Positions 43,878-49,021 of a stretch of 49,021 nt of DNA are shown here, one piece after another. Made by a program: the position numbers and the translations under genes. This stretch comes from a virus. Its lineage: Duplodnaviria; Caudoviricetes. The first letter of the stretch is position 1, and each line of letters opens with the position of its first letter. The stretch covers positions 1 through 49,021 of the IMG/VR virus record IMGVR_UViG_3300032373_000018; one strand, 5' to 3'. Below the pieces are notes generated by a model, which saw only the letters and a program-made list of their open reading frames with translations, was not told where the DNA came from and made no database searches.

Positions 43878-44248
43878 TGACTCGACGCCCTGAACATCTC
43901 GGCAAGCGCGTAGACTTTTCAGCGCACACTAAAAAGCTCGCAAGAGAGCGGGCTAATTACGTGTGTCAATATCCAGGTTGTGACGCCTCTGCGCATGAGG
44001 TTGATCACATTGTCCCGCAGGGTTTGGGCGGCAAGTCCTCCCTCTGCAATGCTCAATTACTCTGCGGGACACATCATAAGCAGAAAACAGCGATCGATGT
44101 AAAGGTCATGGCCAAGGCTGACCGCGCTGGAGGCCGCTCTGGGCAATACAAACGCCGGAAGAAAAACGGCCCTCAGATCCAGTCCAGAGGCTTTCAAAAA
44201 ATCCCCGGCCACAAACACCGCTGGCCCAAGCGACGGATGGGACAATGA
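43877..44248 (+). CDS. HNH endonuclease
   Basis: CQYPGC...EVDHIVP..GG....N.Q.LC..HH..KT. Confidence 0.9.
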   Translation: MTRRPEHLGKRVDFSAHTKKLARERANYVCQYPGCDASAHEVDHIVPQGLGGKSSLCNAQLLCGTHHKQKTAIDVKVMAKADRAGGRSGQYKRRKKNGPQIQSRGFQKIPGHKHRWPKRRMGQ

Positions 44249-44457
44249 CACACTGTATTGATTGCGGCTGCAAGATCTACTCGGGCCTTTGCTCGAACTG
44301 CCATGAAGAAGCGTACATTATGGACGTGCAGGCCGCTGGCATGGATCTCGATTTCGAGTTCAGCCGCGAATTTCAGGACAAGGCCGGAGAGCAGCGCAAA
44401 GTTGCCCGAACGCAAGAAGAAACCCGAACGGATCAAAGCCTAAGGCTGGAAGGATAG
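44245..44457 (+). CDS. Small Zn-finger protein
   Basis: CIDCG...CSNC. Confidence 0.65.
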   Translation: MTHCIDCGCKIYSGLCSNCHEEAYIMDVQAAGMDLDFEFSREFQDKAGEQRKVARTQEETRTDQSLRLEG

Positions 44458-44461
44458 AGAG

Positions 44462-44947
44462 ATGACAGATTTCAAAATCACACCAGAAGACGTGGGGCGG
44501 GTTGCTGTTGATGAACGAAACAGAAGCTGGTTCTTCATTTACGCAAACAGCTCTTACTCAGTTTTCGGCATGAACGCCAATGATGCAGTGGCCGTATTTC
44601 ACCTTAACGGCAAGCCTCAGGATGATGCTCACTGGTTTGCGCTCACCCACTGGAGGCCCCGCACCCTGGAGGCGCCTAAGCGCTGGTGGAATGTGTATCG
44701 AGGCCGTGACGGTGAATACAACGTTTTCGATCACGATACGTTTGAGGAGGCGACTGACATCCCGCCACACAGCGAGCCGGTCGCGCGCATCTATGATCAT
44801 TTCTGGCACGGCTGCGAAGAGGGGCGGTTTGACGAGCCTGAAGACTATGGCTGCAATTGCCCTGTGACCGCAATTCCGGGCGGTGGCGGCGCATATGATC
44901 CGCATGAGAACGAGGAAGATTGCGACAATTGGGGAGCCCCATCATGA
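44462..44947 (+). CDS. Hypothetical protein
   Basis: 161-aa ORF with RBS. Confidence 0.65.
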   Translation: MTDFKITPEDVGRVAVDERNRSWFFIYANSSYSVFGMNANDAVAVFHLNGKPQDDAHWFALTHWRPRTLEAPKRWWNVYRGRDGEYNVFDHDTFEEATDIPPHSEPVARIYDHFWHGCEEGRFDEPEDYGCNCPVTAIPGGGGAYDPHENEEDCDNWGAPS

Positions 44948-45396
44948 CCCAAGCACGGACTGTATCTGAAATACTGGAAGCGCGCGTAACGGCAAAGGCC
45001 GAGGCCTGCGAGCACCATTTGAGCAATGAGTTTACGTGGCTGAAGCACCGCCACGATTACAACGGTCAGCCGCACATGTCGGATGGGTATGTTGCCAGTG
45101 AAGTTCGGATGCTGATGCGCAGCCAGCTTAATCATGAGGCCGTCTGCACCACGGCAGGAAGCCGGATCGCCAAACTCGCCATCGAGAACGCAGCACTCAG
45201 GGAAGAAATAGAGCGCAAGGATGTCGAGTTAACGCGTCTGCGGATGGAGCGCGACCATCTACAGGAAGCAATCGTCAAGTACGGGCGCAAGCAGGCCATG
45301 GGCTTCGCTGAACCGGCTCACCTGCAGCTCGCAATCGATAATGCTTTTCAGGCTCACGCCAAGCGCACTCTCAAAGGAGACGAAGACAATGGGTGA
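44944..45396 (+). CDS. Hypothetical coiled-coil protein
   Basis: ATGA overlap with the upstream gene. Confidence 0.65.
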   Translation: MTQARTVSEILEARVTAKAEACEHHLSNEFTWLKHRHDYNGQPHMSDGYVASEVRMLMRSQLNHEAVCTTAGSRIAKLAIENAALREEIERKDVELTRLRMERDHLQEAIVKYGRKQAMGFAEPAHLQLAIDNAFQAHAKRTLKGDEDNG

Positions 45397-45628
45397 GCCG
45401 CACGAATTTGAACCGATCCATTGGCACTACGAAGCCGACCGTAAGTTTCTGGAAAACACCGAGTTTATGGAATGGTTCGCGGAGCTAAAGAAAGAGCCCC
45501 GCTTGGAGGCGGGTTACGGCGGGCCGCTGGAGGAATCCACCGGGATAGGGTGCTGGTTCAGCTACTTCAAGGATCAGTACACGCCACGCGATGCGGCGCT
45601 TTCAGACATGAGCTATTGGGAGGATTGA
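45389..45628 (+). CDS. Hypothetical protein
   Basis: AAGGAG RBS; TP.DA..SD..YW motif. Confidence 0.65.
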   Translation: MGEPHEFEPIHWHYEADRKFLENTEFMEWFAELKKEPRLEAGYGGPLEESTGIGCWFSYFKDQYTPRDAALSDMSYWED

Positions 45629-45631
45629 GCA

Positions 45632-45958
45632 ATGACCACCAACCCAGATAAAGAGCTACGCGCTGCGGCAGAGGCGCTGAGCGGTCACGATTGGTATGTC
45701 CTAGGTCCACCATGGGCGGGCTTCACGGAGACGTTTACAATTCTCCGTGACAGTCCTGACCCGCATGTTGGCGAGGCCATTCTTGAGACCATGCCGATTG
45801 AGGAAATGAGCGAAGACGACGATCATTATCGTCAAGAGCATTTGGCGAAATGGCTTGAGTTAGCCAACCCCCAAACCGTACTCGGTCTATTGGACCGTAT
45901 TGCGGGGCTGGAAGAGACGCGCGAGCTGTACGCCGATCTTTTGAAGGACTTTGATTAA
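45632..45958 (+). CDS. Ead/Ea22-like protein
   Basis: LRAAAE...W and LANP.TVL.LLDRI. Confidence 0.7.
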   Translation: MTTNPDKELRAAAEALSGHDWYVLGPPWAGFTETFTILRDSPDPHVGEAILETMPIEEMSEDDDHYRQEHLAKWLELANPQTVLGLLDRIAGLEETRELYADLLKDFD

Positions 45959-46824
45959 TGACCGCCAATAACCATACCGCGTTGATAGAGGCTTTGGAGC
46001 CGTTGCTTGGTTTCGAAAGTAAGTGCGATACTGAACTTGATGACAGACGGGGCGCGGGCAGAACCGTGTTTGTCGAAGACATCATGGATGAGCGATTGCG
46101 CGAAGAAATCGGATCAGCCGAGCCGGGCTTGTTCGACGTTGTGCGCCACTTCGCTGAACCAATCCGCCAAGCCCTCGCAGACGCCTCGACAGGGGGAGCG
46201 CTAGCGCAGGAGAGCGACAAGGTTGAATACCTGATCTGGTCAGGGGAGCACAACGCTTATTGGCGTCCTGACGGTGCCGGTTACTCAACTCGCATTCGGG
46301 ATGCAGGCCGATACACCTTGGAAGACGCCAAAAAGCGGACCAACCATTGCGGGCCTGAAAAGAAAATTGAGATTGAGCCTATCGCCGCCCAGCCCATCGG
46401 GGGCGAAGATGTGCGGACGGCAGACAGATTAGAGCGCGTGGCAGCTCAGCTCTCAGCGGAGCGCATCCAAGGGTGGGCCAATCCGCTTGTTGTTGACATC
46501 ATGGATGCCGTCCGACGCTTGAGAAACGAAACGCCCGAACCTGACACTGGTGAGGCTGTACTATCCGCCACCCCGCAGAGTGGATGGCGTCCGATAGAGG
46601 AGCTGACCTACGATGTGGCTGATGGACGGTTGATCCTGATCAAAGCGCCGTCCCTTTATCATGCCGACTGGAATCCTGAAGCGACCGCACAGGCCACGCT
46701 GATGAGCGACGAACCCGGCGATCCGCTGTGCACGGTCAGGTGGTGCGGTACTCATGACCATTGGGTCAGTGTCGAGGTAACAGATGCAACCGAATTTATG
46801 CTTTTTCCGGAGCCGCCCAAATGA
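45958..46824 (+). CDS. Mosaic hypothetical protein with DUF551-like C-terminus
   Basis: YLIWS.EH.AYWRP...GY; GWRPIE...TEFMLFPEPP. Confidence 0.65.
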   Translation: MTANNHTALIEALEPLLGFESKCDTELDDRRGAGRTVFVEDIMDERLREEIGSAEPGLFDVVRHFAEPIRQALADASTGGALAQESDKVEYLIWSGEHNAYWRPDGAGYSTRIRDAGRYTLEDAKKRTNHCGPEKKIEIEPIAAQPIGGEDVRTADRLERVAAQLSAERIQGWANPLVVDIMDAVRRLRNETPEPDTGEAVLSATPQSGWRPIEELTYDVADGRLILIKAPSLYHADWNPEATAQATLMSDEPGDPLCTVRWCGTHDHWVSVEVTDATEFMLFPEPPK

Positions 46825-47057
46825 CCGATACAGTCCAAATTATTCTACCGAATGCGCGCTTTGCCCGAAAGCGAGGGTGGCGGCTTCATGTTCAATGGAG
46901 CGAACATGGGCGGCCATGCTTTCTGCGTCGGCGCTCATTCGACGCGGCTAAACAGGATTTTGACAGCCTGACGATGCAAGGGCGGTCACCATTTGTTGTG
47001 GACGTGTTTTCAGGCGAGCCCGTCAGCATGGCCCCAACCCCCAAAACAGCGAGGTGA
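46821..47057 (+). CDS. Hypothetical protein
   Basis: ATGA overlap. Confidence 0.55.
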   Translation: MTDTVQIILPNARFARKRGWRLHVQWSEHGRPCFLRRRSFDAAKQDFDSLTMQGRSPFVVDVFSGEPVSMAPTPKTAR

Positions 47058-47060
47058 GTG

Positions 47061-47318
47061 ATGGGTGAGACAGAAGCTCAACGCCTGTTCTTGTGGACTC
47101 TTCTCGATGACATCGACACGGCGTCTGACATCTTCAAGGATGACTATGAAGGACTCGCGAAATACGTCTACCGCAAAGCTCAAGAGCGGCACAAAATCGC
47201 ACACTCAGACGGTCATCAGCTCGTTTTCAATGACGTCACTCCACTGAACCAGCCGGGCGATGGCGACGTGATGCGGTTCAACGCGAGCCCCGCCCCCAAC
47301 GATACGGGAGAGAGATAG
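47061..47318 (+). CDS. Hypothetical protein
   Basis: LW.LLDDIDTASD.FK motif; RBS. Confidence 0.65.
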   Translation: MGETEAQRLFLWTLLDDIDTASDIFKDDYEGLAKYVYRKAQERHKIAHSDGHQLVFNDVTPLNQPGDGDVMRFNASPAPNDTGER

Positions 47319-47534
47319 ATGTCGAAGTTTCCAAAAATCAAATCAGATTTCGCGATCCTGGACGTTAAGCGCGGGAAGGTTGCGCTTGGGCGATACCTCA
47401 AGAAACACGGCCCTCAAACCGTTACGGTTGTCATGACGCTCAATTACCAGGCGGGCAACGATGATGGTGAGAGTATCGAATACGCCGCTGACGTTTTGTC
47501 CGTCTCCCACCCAACTAGCGCGGGGGGCGATTAG
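47319..47534 (+). CDS. Hypothetical protein
   Basis: SDFAILDVKRG and DDG.SIE motifs. Confidence 0.65.
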   Translation: MSKFPKIKSDFAILDVKRGKVALGRYLKKHGPQTVTVVMTLNYQAGNDDGESIEYAADVLSVSHPTSAGGD

Positions 47535-47536
47535 AT

Positions 47537-47920
47537 ATGGCTGGGCAAATTCTACACGCAAGCAAAGACGAGGGCGAGGTATACGTCATCCGTTGCGAGG
47601 ATTACGTTAAGATCGGCTGGTCAAAAACCGTCAAAAGGCGGTTCAATCAAATCAGTTCATGCAATCCGTTTCCATGCGAGCTGCTCGGCAGCACTCCCGG
47701 AACTGTCGGCGATGAAGGGGTGCTTCATCTGCTGCTAGATACACCGCGCGTAAAGGGGGAATGGTTCGGACGAACATTGCTGGTCAAAGAGGTTGTCCGC
47801 CACTTACTGAAGGCCGAGCACGCTTCAGAGACCTGTGAATGGCTTTCAGAAAAGATGGATAAGCAGCGCGCAGCCGTTCGGGCTAAGCATGCGCAGCTAC
47901 GAGGTGAGAGCGATGGCTGA
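47537..47920 (+). CDS. GIY-YIG / T5orf172-like nuclease domain protein
   Basis: VYVI....VKIGWS...R...NP...E..LH...GEWF. Confidence 0.85.
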   Translation: MAGQILHASKDEGEVYVIRCEDYVKIGWSKTVKRRFNQISSCNPFPCELLGSTPGTVGDEGVLHLLLDTPRVKGEWFGRTLLVKEVVRHLLKAEHASETCEWLSEKMDKQRAAVRAKHAQLRGESDG

Positions 47921-48104
47921 TCTTGCCAGTCTGGTCAAAATCGCGATCCAAAGCGGTCTGCGTGTTACTGAAATCATTCAGGAACCGGATGGGACCGCTC
48001 GCCTATTGACAGAACCGCAAGAAATAAACGTTTCTATCGATCCTTTAGAGGAAGCGAGGAAGCGACGTGAAGCTAAAGGTAAAAGGTATGCGAACGGCCA
48101 CTAA
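47913..48104 (+). CDS. Putative excisionase / recombination directionality factor
   Basis: 63 aa overlapping the integrase start; GL.V..I...PDG pattern. Confidence 0.5.
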   Translation: MADLASLVKIAIQSGLRVTEIIQEPDGTARLLTEPQEINVSIDPLEEARKRREAKGKRYANGH

Positions 48105-49021
48105 GAAACTGGCTGACGGGCAGATCGCCTATTACGCCTATGCCTACCAGGGTGGACCCTTGGTTGCGAAAGGCGTTGGCACAACCAAGCGAAAAGCCAG
48201 AAATGCCCTAGAACGCGCGCTGATAGAGCCTGAAGCCCTTGCGAAGATTACCGCAGCTCAGGAAGCTAAATCGCTCCATGCGGCGCCCTCTGTCGCCTAT
48301 GCGGCGGGAATTGTTCTCGCTTATCTCAAGTCCCGCGAATGGCAGGGATTGGCGGAGCGCACGAAGAAAGATTGGCGTCACCATCTGTCAGATTTCCGCG
48401 ATGAGTTTGGCGATTGGCGCACAAGCATCTTTGAAGATCCACGAATTGCACAAGATATGGCCGACTGGCGCGATGCTCATCCGAGCGTGCGACAGGGCCA
48501 AATGAGAATGGAAGTGGTGAGCCGGCTCTTTTCATGGGCGCGTGGACGCGGCTTCACACGAGCAAACCCAACAGAACCGCTTGAGCGAATTTACAAGGTC
48601 GATCGATCGGATGTGATTTGGACAGATGACGAATTGCGAGCTGTTCTCGATAAGTCGAATCCTGCCCTACAGCTTGCGATCCGGTTGGCCGTCGAAACCG
48701 GCCTGCGTCAGGGCGATCTAATCCGCCTGCCTTGGTCCGCCGTTTCTGACGTGTCGATTCAGTACGTGACAGCAAAGCGCAAGAAGCCGGTCATTATCCC
48801 AATAACACCCACTCTGCGTGAACTGCTCTCAGAGATACCCAAAGCCTCGCCGGTCGTGCTCCTAAGCTCCACAGGCCGCGCCTGGACGTCTGACGGCCTC
48901 AGAACGTCATTTGCCAAGGCGAAGAAGCGCGCTGGCATTGATGGTAAGCGCTGGCACGACTTCCGAGGAACGGCCGTCACGCGCCTAGCGAAGACAAATT
49001 TACGTCTGGACGACATTGCGC
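48067..49021 (+). CDS. int: Tyrosine integrase, N-terminal part (runs off the end, completes at 326)
   Basis: GTG start with GAGGA RBS; KKLADG...YY arm-binding domain; TGLRQGDL catalytic Arg. Confidence 0.93.
   Translation, partial: MKLKVKGMRTATKKLADGQIAYYAYAYQGGPLVAKGVGTTKRKARNALERALIEPEALAKITAAQEAKSLHAAPSVAYAAGIVLAYLKSREWQGLAERTKKDWRHHLSDFRDEFGDWRTSIFEDPRIAQDMADWRDAHPSVRQGQMRMEVVSRLFSWARGRGFTRANPTEPLERIYKVDRSDVIWTDDELRAVLDKSNPALQLAIRLAVETGLRQGDLIRLPWSAVSDVSIQYVTAKRKKPVIIPITPTLRELLSEIPKASPVVLLSSTGRAWTSDGLRTSFAKAKKRAGIDGKRWHDFRGTAVTRLAKTNLRLDDIA
48848..49021. repeat. Terminal direct repeat, copy 2
   Basis: Matches 1-174 with one mismatch. Confidence 0.97.

Noticed and set aside
1-49021. CRISPR array or repeat-spacer mini-array
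   Set aside because: No regularly spaced repeats with unique spacers seen in the intergenic regions; repeats found are operators, iterons or arm sites

Overview
This window appears to be a complete, circularly assembled temperate phage genome of 48,847 bp. Bases 1-174 repeat at 48848-49021 with one synonymous mismatch, and the join falls inside the integrase. The morphogenesis genes are podovirus-type (terminase, portal, scaffold, capsid, tail tubular A/B, internal virion proteins) and the regulation is lambdoid. The host is probably an alphaproteobacterium (inferred from gene content only). Layout: integrase and attP (3' half of a tRNA-Trp); accessory genes and candidate ncRNAs at 0.5-2.8 kb; lysis genes; a sulfotransferase next to a tailspike; a 2695-aa polyvalent ejection protein; head and packaging genes; late regulator, methylase and replication genes; a cro/cI switch with TAAC-N7-GTTA operators; and an early operon with Rad52-like, HNH and GIY-YIG genes and an excisionase. 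Top leads: (1) the giant virion protein is built from cassettes (ART, GNAT-like, ExQSD, zincin) joined at recurrent hydrophobic-hydrophobic-Gln linkers; (2) a promoter-driven transcript near attP carries tandem tRNA T-arm hairpins and is followed by a C-loop small RNA; (3) a release-factor-like domain lacks GGQ; (4) a sulfotransferase is coupled to the tailspike; (5) the tail adaptor is tandemly duplicated. All protein calls come from motif recognition by eye; no database searches were run.
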